Source: Aquificales bacterium (lineage in GTDB: Bacteria; Aquificota; Aquificia; Aquificales; QOAS01). From it: a stretch of DNA of 36,790 bases. Location of the stretch: positions 1 through 36,790 of the forward strand of contig JALVTI010000081.1 of the NCBI GenBank assembly GCA_027035985.1, given 5' to 3'. Both the position numbers and the translations under genes were made by a program. Below are positions 19,089 to 28,299 of this stretch, in pieces (position 1 is the first letter of the stretch; each line of letters opens with the position of its first letter). The notes under the pieces are model-generated. The model saw only the letters and a list, made by a program, of their open reading frames with translations, ran no database searches and was not told where the DNA came from.

Positions 19089-19138
19089 TAAAGGGAAAGA
19101 TTTTCCCTTTAAGGTGGGTCTTAAACTTTAAAAACCTT

Positions 19139-20881
19139 ATGGAGGAACAAATTAGGGAGCAGAAAGTCCAAAAATTAAGGGAAATGGGAATAAACCCCTA
19201 CCCCCATAAGTTTGAGGTCACCCATCAAATATACCAAATAAGGGAGGAATACGAAAGAGACCCCGAAGGGGAAGAGGTTGTTATCCGTGCAAAGGTCAAA
19301 AGGGTTTCCAACTACGAGGGTAGGAAACTTTTAAGGCTTACCGACGATAGCGGTCTCGAAATTTTGGCTATAACCGATAGGGGGGATATAAAGCCGAATG
19401 AAACCTATACCTTTAAGGGGAAACTGGTAAGACACGAGGGAAAGCTCACCCTAATGGACGCCGATATCACCGAAGAGCCCCCCGAAACCACGATTGCCGA
19501 AATAAAGCACACCTACGACTTTGACCCCAAACGGGAAGAGGTTGCGGTCGCCGGGCGTTTGGTGGCCTGGCGCCCGATGGGAAAGGCTATTTTCGGACAC
19601 ATTCAAGACCTCCTTGGGAAACTGCAAATCTATATAAGGAAAGACCTCGTAGGGGAGGAGAAGTTTAAATTCATAAAGGAGTTTGTAGACCTCGGCGATA
19701 TCGTGGGGGTTAAGGGAAAGCTCTTTAGGACGAATACCGGCGAGCTGACCGTCGAGGTGGAAGACTTACAACTGCTATCAAAATGCCTCCACCCCCTACC
19801 GGAGAAGTGGCACGGGATTAAGGATGTGGAGGTCAGATACCGCCAGAGATATTTGGATTTAATAGCCAACCCGCAGGCGAGACAAATCTTTTTGATGAGG
19901 AGCCGCCTGCTCGCCGAGATTAGGCGCTTCATGGTCGATAGCGGCTTTTTCGAGGTGGAAACCCCCACTTTGCAGCCGATAGCGAGCGGTGCGAATGCGA
20001 GACCCTTCGTCACCCACCACAACTATTTGGATATGGATTTGTACCTGAGAATTGCGCCGGAGCTCTACCTAAAGAGGCTTATAGTGGGCGGTTACCCCAA
20101 GGTGTTCGAGATAGGTAAAAACTTCCGAAACGAGGGCGTCGATACCACCCACAACCCCGAGTTTACGATGATGGAGTTTTACGCCGCCTACTGGGATTAC
20201 AACGACCTCATGAAGTTCACTGAAAAACTCTTTCAGCACCTCATAGACACCGTATTGGAGGGTAAAAGCGAGGTCACCTTCGAAGGGCACAGAATAAACC
20301 TAAAACCCCCCTTTAGGGTTGTTAGATACTTCGACCTTCTGAAGGAAAAAACCGGAAAGGATAAGGACTTTTTCCTGAGAGCACCTATAGAGGAACTGAG
20401 AAAATTCGCCACCGAATTGGGGGTTAAGAAGGCGGAAACCCTAACGAGGGCTAAACTTATAGACAAAATTTTTGAAAAAGTTGGAGAGCCGGAGCTTATT
20501 CAACCCACCTTCGTTATAGACTTTCCGAAAATACTCTCCCCCCTCGCCAAGGAGCACAGGGAAGACCCCGACCTGGTCGAGAGGTTCGAGCTTATCATCG
20601 GACAGATGGAGATAGGAAACGCCTACACCGAGCTGAACGACCCTAAAGACCAGTATCAAAGATTTTTGGAACAGCTCAAAGAGAAACAGGCGGGAGACGA
20701 CGAGGCTATGGAGATGGATACCGACTTTATAAGGGCTTTGGAATACGGACTCCCGCCTACCGGCGGTGAGGGGATAGGAATAGACCGCCTCGCGATGCTC
20801 CTCGCCGGTGTTAACTCTATCAGGGAGGTTATACTCTTCCCCGCCATGCGACCCGAGGAAAAGGAAAAGGGTGAAGGTTAA
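19139..20881 (+). CDS. lysS: Lysyl-tRNA synthetase, class II
   Basis: RYRQRYLDL, YLRIAPELYLKRL, FRNEG..HNPEF, YGLPPTGGEGIGIDR. Confidence 0.99.
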   Translation: MEEQIREQKVQKLREMGINPYPHKFEVTHQIYQIREEYERDPEGEEVVIRAKVKRVSNYEGRKLLRLTDDSGLEILAITDRGDIKPNETYTFKGKLVRHEGKLTLMDADITEEPPETTIAEIKHTYDFDPKREEVAVAGRLVAWRPMGKAIFGHIQDLLGKLQIYIRKDLVGEEKFKFIKEFVDLGDIVGVKGKLFRTNTGELTVEVEDLQLLSKCLHPLPEKWHGIKDVEVRYRQRYLDLIANPQARQIFLMRSRLLAEIRRFMVDSGFFEVETPTLQPIASGANARPFVTHHNYLDMDLYLRIAPELYLKRLIVGGYPKVFEIGKNFRNEGVDTTHNPEFTMMEFYAAYWDYNDLMKFTEKLFQHLIDTVLEGKSEVTFEGHRINLKPPFRVVRYFDLLKEKTGKDKDFFLRAPIEELRKFATELGVKKAETLTRAKLIDKIFEKVGEPELIQPTFVIDFPKILSPLAKEHREDPDLVERFELIIGQMEIGNAYTELNDPKDQYQRFLEQLKEKQAGDDEAMEMDTDFIRALEYGLPPTGGEGIGIDRLAMLLAGVNSIREVILFPAMRPEEKEKGEG

Positions 20882-20946
20882 ACCCTTCCCCTTTAGGTTT
20901 CCTTTTTAAAAAATTCCTTCGATAGGTTAAGGGAAACCCGAAACCC

Positions 20947-21348
20947 TTAATGGGTTCTCCTTATCCTCACCCTCCTCCTATTTTCGTCGAGGTGTTCAAA
21001 TTCCACCACTATATCCGGTTTTAAATCCTTTAGGTAATCAGCCCACTCGATAACCAATATTCCCGACCCCTCGAAGTCGGTAAAGTCGAAGTTTTTAACC
21101 CTGTATAGGTCGGCGTGATAAACTTCCCCCCTTTCGGTCGGATAGACGTTCATAACCGCAAAGGTGGGACTGGTAACGTTTACCTCCCCTTTGGGGTTTA
21201 AAGCTTCGACTAAAAACCTCGTAAAGGTAGTCTTTCCCGCTCCCAAATCCCCTATTAGGAATATAACCTCGTTTCCCTTAAGTTCCCTCGCGAGGTCTTT
21301 TGCCAGCTTTTTTAACCCTTCGAGGTCTACGATGTATTCGCCTTCCAT
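20947..21348 (-). CDS. tsaE: t6A biosynthesis ATPase TsaE
   Basis: GDLGAGKTT, VTSPTF, HADLYR, IEW. Confidence 0.95.
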   Translation of the reverse strand: MEGEYIVDLEGLKKLAKDLARELKGNEVIFLIGDLGAGKTTFTRFLVEALNPKGEVNVTSPTFAVMNVYPTERGEVYHADLYRVKNFDFTDFEGSGILVIEWADYLKDLKPDIVVEFEHLDENRRRVRIRRTH

Positions 21349-21377
21349 CAAAGGGTAGAAATTTAGACTATTCACCT

Positions 21378-22307
21378 ATGAAGGTCGGTTTCGTTTACGA
21401 CGATAGGTATTTGCTCCACCACAGGGAAGGGCATCCGGAGAACAAATACCGCCTCGAGGCTATCACCGAGGGGATGGCGGAGAGGGGACTCTTTTCCAAG
21501 GTGGAGCTTATAAAACCCTTCGAGGCGGATGCGGAGCTGATAGCGCTAAACCACGACCCCCAATATATAGAAGAAGTGATATACTCCTCCCGTTCGGGTG
21601 AGGGTTGGTTCGACCCGGACACCTACTATAACGAATACACATTTTTAGCCGCCTCCCTCGCGGTCGGCGGGGTTGCGGGGGCGATAAACGAAATTCTCGA
21701 CGGGAATATCGAAGGGGCTTTCTGCGCCGTCAGACCCCCCGGTCATCACGCCGAATACGCCAAGGCTATGGGCTTTTGCATCTTCAACAACGTAGCGATA
21801 GGGGCTAGATACCTCCTGCAAAAGGGTTTCGAGAGGGTGTTTATAGTCGATTTCGACGCCCACCACGGAAACGGCACCCAGCACGCCTTTTACGAGGAGC
21901 CGCGGGTTTTTTACTTCTCGACCCACCAATATCCCTTCTATCCCGGAACCGGCTCGGCGGAGGAGAGGGGGGCAAAGGAGGGTTACGGAACAACCCTAAA
22001 CATACCGATGCCGGCGGGTACGGGGGATGAACTCTACCGCCACGCCTACGGCGAGGTTTTGGTAAGCGCGGTAAAGGGTTACAAGCCGCAGTTTCTCCTC
22101 GTTTCGGCGGGATACGACCTCCACACCGATGACCCGCTGACCGGTTTGGAGGTTTCCGACAAAGGGGTCGAGTTTATAGTCGAGACCATTTGCGGGTTGG
22201 CTAAGGAGTTAAGTATCCCCGTTCTGTTTTCCCTCGAGGGTGGATACAACCTTGACGTGCTGAAGCGGTTGGTGTCCCGAACGGTGGAGATAATGCTTGG
22301 AACCTAA
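21378..22307 (+). CDS. Zn-dependent histone deacetylase family protein
   Basis: HPE..RL, RPPGHHA, GFCIFNN, DFDAHHGNGTQ, SAGYD, LEGGY. Confidence 0.95.
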   Translation: MKVGFVYDDRYLLHHREGHPENKYRLEAITEGMAERGLFSKVELIKPFEADAELIALNHDPQYIEEVIYSSRSGEGWFDPDTYYNEYTFLAASLAVGGVAGAINEILDGNIEGAFCAVRPPGHHAEYAKAMGFCIFNNVAIGARYLLQKGFERVFIVDFDAHHGNGTQHAFYEEPRVFYFSTHQYPFYPGTGSAEERGAKEGYGTTLNIPMPAGTGDELYRHAYGEVLVSAVKGYKPQFLLVSAGYDLHTDDPLTGLEVSDKGVEFIVETICGLAKELSIPVLFSLEGGYNLDVLKRLVSRTVEIMLGT

Positions 22308-22380
22308 AAGGGGATTGGCGATTTAATAAACCTCCAAATGGACAAATGTTTATAATCCCGTTCCAATAGGAGGTTTAAAA

Positions 22381-22632
22381 ATGGACAACAGGGAACCCGT
22401 AGCGATACCTTTTGCGTTGGTCGGTTTTTTTGCCACCGATAAGCCGGTGGAAGAGGTCGTTCGCACCGATTTAACCACCGAGGAACTCGAGGAAATTCAG
22501 CAATTTTTGGCTTCCAAGCTGTTTAAAGACCCCAATGTTGCGGTCGCCATTTTCCCCGCGATAGTTCCACCCGACCAGGCTATCGAGGCAGTAAAGGAGC
22601 TCGAAAACTTCCTCTTCGGCAAGGAAGAATAA
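22381..22632 (+). CDS. Hypothetical acidic 83-aa protein
   Basis: TATAAT and AGGAGG upstream, hairpin downstream. Confidence 0.8.
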   Translation: MDNREPVAIPFALVGFFATDKPVEEVVRTDLTTEELEEIQQFLASKLFKDPNVAVAIFPAIVPPDQAIEAVKELENFLFGKEE

Positions 22633-22641
22633 TTTCCCCTC

Positions 22642-22661
22642 CCCGCCCTTCGAGCGGGTTT
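22642..22661 (+). terminator. Possible intrinsic terminator
   Basis: CCCGC-loop-GCGGG-TTT just after the stop codon. Confidence 0.45.
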
Positions 22662-22676
22662 AGAATTTAGAAATTA

Positions 22677-23921
22677 ATGTTTAAGAAAGCCCTTCCCCTT
22701 CTTCTACTTGGCGGTTTATCTTTTGGAATAACCCTTCAAGGCGCGGTAAGCTCCGCACTAAAGAATAACCTCCAACTAAAGGCTCAATATTTTCACTACC
22801 TAGGGGCGAAAAACGATTTTTACTCCCAATTGGCGGCTCGCTTCGGAGAATTAGACTTTTTTTGGAAATACCAACAGTTTAAAACCCCCCGTATAGTGGC
22901 TCCCATTAATTCCTTTCCTCCGACGGGATTGGACGACCAGGTTCGCACCTACGGGTTGCAATACAGAGTCAGGCTCTTTGACGGCTGCCAACAGTTTTTC
23001 CTCATAAAGGCTAAAAAAGACACCGCCAACCTCGAATGGGTTAATTGGGAAAAGCTATCCGAGAAGGTAAAAAGGGACGTTTCCAAGGTTTATTTCTCCG
23101 CCCTTGAGGTAAAGGCGAGACTGGAAGCGTTAAAGGAGCGCAAAAAGGAGGTTGATAGGCTCTACGAAATCGTTAAAGAGGCTTACGAGGTTGGTAAAAA
23201 ACCCCTTCTCGACCTTCTAAATGTCCGAGCGGAGAGAAAAAACATCGAAGCCCAAATATCCTTTTTGAGGTCTCAATATAAAACTCTTTTAAACCAATTA
23301 AAGGTGCTTCTAAATACCGACAAACCTCTCGAGGTGGAGGATGTACAGATTAACCCCCATAGGATAGAGGGGGATAGGCTCCTGCCGGAGTTGTTGGCTA
23401 AAAATCCAGACCTAAAAGTTGTTGCCCTTCAGAAGGTTATCGCCGACGATTACCGAAAGGTTGCCATGGCGGAATTTTCACCAAAGGTTAACTTTGTCTA
23501 CACCACCCAAAAGTATGTTTACGCCGGTAGGAAAACTTCCGATTGGTCTTATGCCGTAGAGGTAAACCTCCCCATTTTTGACTTTGGAAGGAGGTTTTTC
23601 ACTTACAGAAAAGCCCGTTCGGAAGAGAGGAGAGTTAACGAACTTTATAGGCTGGTCGAAAAAAGGGTCTTAGAAACCTATAGAAGTTTGGTAGATGAAC
23701 TCAATTCCCAAATAGAGGTTATAGAGGCAAACCGAAAAAGATTAGAATTTACAAAAGAAGCCTATAAGGTGGAAAAGAAAAAATACCTAACCGGTAAAAG
23801 CGATATATACAACCTCCTCAAGGCGGAGGCGCTCTATTACACCGCCTTGGGAGAATATAGGGCTAGCATATACAAATGGGGTCAACTCAAGGCTGAGCTT
23901 GACTACCTTTTGGGAAGGTAG
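22677..23921 (+). CDS. TolC family outer membrane efflux protein
   Basis: Signal peptide; two OEP repeats (AL.NN.QL, RLFDG, Y..G....LDLL, NLPIFDFG). Confidence 0.9.
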   Translation: MFKKALPLLLLGGLSFGITLQGAVSSALKNNLQLKAQYFHYLGAKNDFYSQLAARFGELDFFWKYQQFKTPRIVAPINSFPPTGLDDQVRTYGLQYRVRLFDGCQQFFLIKAKKDTANLEWVNWEKLSEKVKRDVSKVYFSALEVKARLEALKERKKEVDRLYEIVKEAYEVGKKPLLDLLNVRAERKNIEAQISFLRSQYKTLLNQLKVLLNTDKPLEVEDVQINPHRIEGDRLLPELLAKNPDLKVVALQKVIADDYRKVAMAEFSPKVNFVYTTQKYVYAGRKTSDWSYAVEVNLPIFDFGRRFFTYRKARSEERRVNELYRLVEKRVLETYRSLVDELNSQIEVIEANRKRLEFTKEAYKVEKKKYLTGKSDIYNLLKAEALYYTALGEYRASIYKWGQLKAELDYLLGR

Positions 23922-24510
23922 CGTTATCCGTTCCCAATTGGCGGTAATAATTCAATTTTTCCCTAACTTTTTCTATTACCGCATCGAGGTCTTTCACCAC
24001 ATTTAGGTAGAAACTATCGGCTATCGGTTCGGCGAGCGAAAGGTATATCGGCAGATACTCTCCCGTGGGAGGGAAATATCTCCTGAAGCGGTAGACCTTA
24101 TAACAGAGCAATTGCGGATTAGCTCCCGTCTTAAACACATAGAGGGCTAAACTTATATCCAACCTATACCCGTATCGGTAATATTTTCGGGTTCCCTCCT
24201 CCCTGTAAAGGGTAATTTTGTAAATCTTCGCCTCGGGAAAGGTGTAAAAAAAGGTTATATCGCTACCTATACCCGTCTTTAAGAGTAAAACAACCCTCTT
24301 TTGGAGGAGGTGTTCCACAAGTTTTTCCTCCAAAAGTTTGGAAATAGTCCTTAAAAATTCCGCCGTAGGTTTGTCGTATCCCTTCAGCGACCTTATCGGT
24401 TGAGTGGTATCGAAAAACACCTTTGGTGTGTAAATCAAATCCTCCCCCAAAAGGGTCGAAGCAAAAAGGGTTAGCCCCAACAGGAGTTTAGAAGTTATTT
24501 TGCTCCACAT
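23887..24510 (-). CDS. Hypothetical exported protein
   Basis: Signal-peptide-like N-terminus (MWSKITSKLLLGLTLFAS); overlaps the stop of the upstream gene. Confidence 0.65.
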   Translation of the reverse strand: MWSKITSKLLLGLTLFASTLLGEDLIYTPKVFFDTTQPIRSLKGYDKPTAEFLRTISKLLEEKLVEHLLQKRVVLLLKTGIGSDITFFYTFPEAKIYKITLYREEGTRKYYRYGYRLDISLALYVFKTGANPQLLCYKVYRFRRYFPPTGEYLPIYLSLAEPIADSFYLNVVKDLDAVIEKVREKLNYYRQLGTDNATFPKGSQAQP

Positions 24511-25453
24511 ATTTGAGTATCTCCTCAATTTTTTTCCTAACGGGGGTGGCGGAAAGTTTTTCCTTTTTCTTTAATAGGGTATCGATAACCTTTGCGGCGC
24601 TATCGGGGTCCATTGAACTAAGGATTTCCCCCGCCTTGCGCACATTGGGGAGGTTTATAAGGATTTCCGCCGCCACCTGCGGGGGGGTTTTTGAGAGTAT
24701 CTCACCGGCACTGTCGGGGTCGGCTTTTGTTATAACCTCCAAAAGTTTTTTCACCTTTGCGTTAAGCCTCTTTTTCTGTTGATTTTCGAGGTTCATAGCC
24801 TCTTGGAGGAGTTTCTTTAACTCCTCCTCCTTTTGGAGGATAAATTTTTCCTTCTCCTCCAACTGTTTTTCCTTTTTCTCAAGGGCTTTAAAACTTTCGA
24901 GTAATTGGTTAGCCAATTTGTTGAAATACTCGCTCTGATACTCGAGATAGGGTTTTAAAAGCTTCTCTTCATAGGGTAGGGATTTAAGGGTCGAATTGTT
25001 ATCCCCGCCGAAGGCGGGAACCAAAATCATAAAAAAGAGTATTGCCGTCATAAATTTGCCGTAGCTCGAGCGGAGGAGGTTTTCGTTGGAGAGTTTTTGT
25101 TCCTCCCTCTTTTCCTCCTCTTTTTGAAAGGTTTTCCTCTTTCTATCTATGTAGGTGGAGATAACTTTTGTTTCCAAGTTAAGTTCCCTTATCTTTCTTT
25201 CCCTACTTTGGACTTCCTCTTTCAGTTTTTCCCTTTTGAGTTCCAGCTTTTTGAGTCCCTCCCTCAAAAAGGATATCTCTTTAAATGTTGTTAAACCCTC
25301 AAAGTTCCTAATTTTCTCCTCAAACATTTGGAGGTATCTCTTCCTTTCAACTTCCAACTTTTGGAGTTCTAACTTTTTATTTTCCAACTCTTGGAGTTCT
25401 ATAAGCCTTTCGAGTTCCTTTATCCGTTTTAGTTTCTCCAAGGTTTTCAGCAT
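24488..25453 (-). CDS. Flagellar protein: FliJ-like coiled coil fused to a MotE/YlxF (MgtE N-terminal-like) domain
   Basis: N-terminal ~130-aa coiled coil ending EEKREEQKL; hydrophobic segment; C-terminal repeats DPDSAGEIL..P..AAEIL..AGEILSSMDPDSAAK; coupled to fliA. Confidence 0.65.
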   Translation of the reverse strand: MLKTLEKLKRIKELERLIELQELENKKLELQKLEVERKRYLQMFEEKIRNFEGLTTFKEISFLREGLKKLELKREKLKEEVQSRERKIRELNLETKVISTYIDRKRKTFQKEEEKREEQKLSNENLLRSSYGKFMTAILFFMILVPAFGGDNNSTLKSLPYEEKLLKPYLEYQSEYFNKLANQLLESFKALEKKEKQLEEKEKFILQKEEELKKLLQEAMNLENQQKKRLNAKVKKLLEVITKADPDSAGEILSKTPPQVAAEILINLPNVRKAGEILSSMDPDSAAKVIDTLLKKKEKLSATPVRKKIEEILKYVEQNNF

Positions 25454-26187
25454 CAGAGATACCTCTCCATCTCTTTAGCCAACTTTTTAAGTGCCCTCTT
25501 TTTCAATTGGGTCACCCTTCCGGGGGAAACCTCCAATATATGGGCTATATGTTGCGTTTTTAAACCTTCAAAAAATGATAACTGTAAAACCAATAGCTCC
25601 TTTTCTCCAAGTTTCCCCAAAACCTCTTTGAGTTTCTCTAAAAGTTCCCTCCTCTCAACGGTTTCCTCTACTCCCCCTTCCCTACTTTGGATGAAGTTTT
25701 CAAATCCACCCCTGTAAAGGTAGGAGCTAAAGATATCTTCCAAAGATAGGATGTAGGAGAAGGAAACCTTTTCCTCCAAGTGGCGGAGTTCCTCCACCGA
25801 CATTGAGAGTTCCTTTGCAATTTCCTCCTCGGTGGGTTCCCTTTTTAATCTCTCCATAAGGAGGTTTCTAACTGCTTCTATTTCCTTTTCCTTTTGTCGG
25901 ATATTTTTCGCCCCAAAATCGAGGGAGCGCAAGAAATCAAACATCGCCCCCTTTGCCCTTATGAGTAGATATCTCTTCGCCTGCGGGGTTAATTTGTCCC
26001 CTTTGATACTGCCGTTTTTCAGATGTTCGAAGGAGCGGAGAACCGCCAGAACACCCTCGTTGACCAAGTCGTCAAACTCAACGGAACTATTTTCCGGAAG
26101 TTGTTTGTATATTTCCGAAGCCACCCGTTTTATATCCGGTAGGAGGGAAATAACGATACGGTTCCGCTCCTCCTTCGTTACTACCAC
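25453..26187 (-). CDS. fliA: Flagellar sigma factor sigma28 (FliA/WhiG)
   Basis: DDLVNEG, RAKGAMFDFLRSLD, REPTEEEIAKEL, region 4 HTH VSPGRVTQL. Confidence 0.9.
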   Translation of the reverse strand: MVVTKEERNRIVISLLPDIKRVASEIYKQLPENSSVEFDDLVNEGVLAVLRSFEHLKNGSIKGDKLTPQAKRYLLIRAKGAMFDFLRSLDFGAKNIRQKEKEIEAVRNLLMERLKREPTEEEIAKELSMSVEELRHLEEKVSFSYILSLEDIFSSYLYRGGFENFIQSREGGVEETVERRELLEKLKEVLGKLGEKELLVLQLSFFEGLKTQHIAHILEVSPGRVTQLKKRALKKLAKEMERYL

Positions 26188-26230
26188 CTAAAACAATTTT
26201 AGAAAATTTGCTATTAAAAGTAAAAAAGGA

Positions 26231-27208
26231 TTAAGGGCGTCTTCTATCCTCGAGGAGGGCATCGCCGAGCATATTGAAGGCGAGAACCACCAAAAATATA
26301 GCCACACCGGGGGTTAAAATCCAAGGGTAGAAGGTTATAACCGTCAAACTTCGGGCGTCGGAGAGCATATTCCCCCAAGATGGATAGGGTTCCTGAATTC
26401 CCAAACCGAGGAGCGACAAAGCCGCTTCCCCAAGAATGTAGGAGGGTATTGCGGAGGTAGCCGTCACGATTAAGTAAAAGTAGGTGTTGGGAAGTATGTG
26501 CTTAAAGAGTATTCTTAAAGGGGAAGCGCCGTAGGTTTTTGCGGCGAGGACATATTCCTGCTCCCTAAGGGAGAGAACCAATCCCCTTATAACCCGCGCC
26601 AAACCAGCCCAACCTATAAAAGAGAGAATAAAAACGATAAGAAAAAATACCTCTACCGAGGACATATCGAGGGGAAAAATAGCTCTTAGGGCGAGCATTA
26701 AATAAAAGGAAGGGATAGACATCAATACCTCCGTAAGGCGCATTATCGCGTTATCGACCCAACCGCCGTAATACCCCGCCAAACCCCCGAAGAGGATACC
26801 CAACAAAAAGGTTATAGATACCCCTATGAGACCTATGGATAGGGAAATCCTCGCCCCATAGAGGAGTCTCGAAAATATATCCCTCCCCAACTTGTCGGTT
26901 CCAAATAGATAAATCCCACACTCGGGAGGGGTGTAAAAGAGTTTAAACCCGTAAGGGGTGTCTGTAAAGAAACGAACTTTGCAGATTTTGGTTTTATCCT
27001 CTTTGTAAGTTCTAAATATCGGATTTACCAACTTGTAAGGGTGAACGTAAGCTCCAATAAACTCCCCGTTGTGGAAAAAGTGAATTCTTGTAGGAGGGTG
27101 GTAGGGAGCTTTCCTATTTTGAAGGTCGTAAGGGTAGGGCGCTATAAAATCGGCAAAAATCGCCAGCAAGTAGAAAAATGTAAGAATTCCCAACGCGAAG
27201 TATTTCAT
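26231..27208 (-). CDS. Peptide ABC transporter permease, DppC/OppC family
   Basis: FGTDKLGRDIFSRLLYGARISL, EAA-like loop EYVLAAKTYGAS, GLGIQEPYPSWG. Confidence 0.95.
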   Translation of the reverse strand: MKYFALGILTFFYLLAIFADFIAPYPYDLQNRKAPYHPPTRIHFFHNGEFIGAYVHPYKLVNPIFRTYKEDKTKICKVRFFTDTPYGFKLFYTPPECGIYLFGTDKLGRDIFSRLLYGARISLSIGLIGVSITFLLGILFGGLAGYYGGWVDNAIMRLTEVLMSIPSFYLMLALRAIFPLDMSSVEVFFLIVFILSFIGWAGLARVIRGLVLSLREQEYVLAAKTYGASPLRILFKHILPNTYFYLIVTATSAIPSYILGEAALSLLGLGIQEPYPSWGNMLSDARSLTVITFYPWILTPGVAIFLVVLAFNMLGDALLEDRRRP

Positions 27209-27302
27209 TTAAAGGTCTTATTTTTTACCCCCATAGGTGGGAGAGGTTTTTAATACCTTTTAAAGGTTTTTAAAAAACCCAAATACCTTTTCGGGACAAA
27301 TT

Positions 27303-27553
27303 CCATTAACCTTTATAAGGTCAGACTCAAGATTTAATGACAAGTTATGGGTTGAAACTTGGCAAAAACCTTTTGCAGGATTGAGTTTTTCCTTAGAGTT
27401 CCAATAAAAGGTCACACCCTAAGAAATTAATGTCCACTTAGGGTTGACCGAAAAATTCAACTTTTGCTTGACTCCATTAGGTGGTTTTGGTATTCTTTAA
27501 ACCCAAGTAAAGGTTGGGTTCCTTGGCAACTTAATAACGGTAGACTCACCTTT
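27303..27553 (+). promoter_or_regulatory. CRISPR leader 2 with sigma70-type promoter
   Basis: Homologous to the reverse complement of 11685-11935; TTGACT (27468-27473), 17 bp, TGn-TATTCT (27491-27496). Confidence 0.85.
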
Positions 27554-27978
27554 GTTGTTATGTTCCTAGGAGGGATTGAAACTTGGATAGTCCTAACGGG
27601 ATTTTAGGTGAATTAGAAGTTGTTATGTTCCTAGGAGGGATTGAAACCCGCAATCTCTAACGAGGTTGCGAATTCCTCATATCGTTGTTATGTTCCTAGG
27701 AGGGATTGAAACAAGAGAATGGAAGCCTATCAAGAGCTTGCGGGGAATGTTGTTATGTTCCTAGGAGGGATTGAAACTATAATCCATATAATTTTCTTCG
27801 AATTCTGGGAAAAGTTGTTATGTCCCTAGAAGGGATTGAAACCTATAAGGATTGCGTCGACTTTGTATTCTTTGGCTTTTCGAACGTTGTTTTGTTCCTA
27901 TAAGGGATTGAAACATGGTCTTTTTGAGGAAACCGCACCTTTGGGTCATTGTTTTATGTCCCTATAAGGGAAAAAAAC
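27554..27978 (+). CRISPR. CRISPR array 2: 7 repeats (GTTGTTATGTTCCTAGGAGGGATTGAAAC, last one degenerate), 6 spacers of 35-43 bp
   Basis: Repeats start at 27554, 27619, 27684, 27749, 27814, 27886, 27950. Confidence 0.97.
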
Positions 27979-28299
27979 AAATTCCTCAAACTTACCCCTT
28001 TATGGAACCAAAGAATTTAAAAGCCAACAGAAGATTTTTTGATTTCCCAAATTTACCCCTCTAAAGGTGTCCGCATTTAGCAATTTAAAAACCAAAGTGA
28101 GGTCTAACCCCACATTTTTACACTATAGGTTAGTGGTTTAAATCCTTTTCATACCATTCAGCGGAAGTAAAATTCACAAACCAACAAGAGTTTTTCCAAT
28201 ATCAATAAGACCTTTTGGAGAAATGTTAAATTTCCAACCCCTACAGGTCGGGTAATGAAACTTCTCTATCCCCGAAGGGGCTTATTATCTTCCTACTTG

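Noticed and set aside
10616-22241. Recurrent CCCTCGAGGG-like palindromes as a dispersed repeat
   Set aside because: Lie in coding frames and largely follow from CTC-GAG (Leu-Glu) codon preference
27713-27748. Spacer shares TCAAGAGCTTG and GAATGGAAG with tnpB positions 2-21; another spacer shares CAACTGAAACA with 395-405
   Set aside because: Only 9-11 nt and in permuted order; not a credible self-targeting protospacer
27979-28299. Long non-coding trailers after both arrays (also 10652-10868) as tracrRNA or other ncRNA
   Set aside because: No anti-repeat, no convincing stems, and only weak AT-rich similarity between the two
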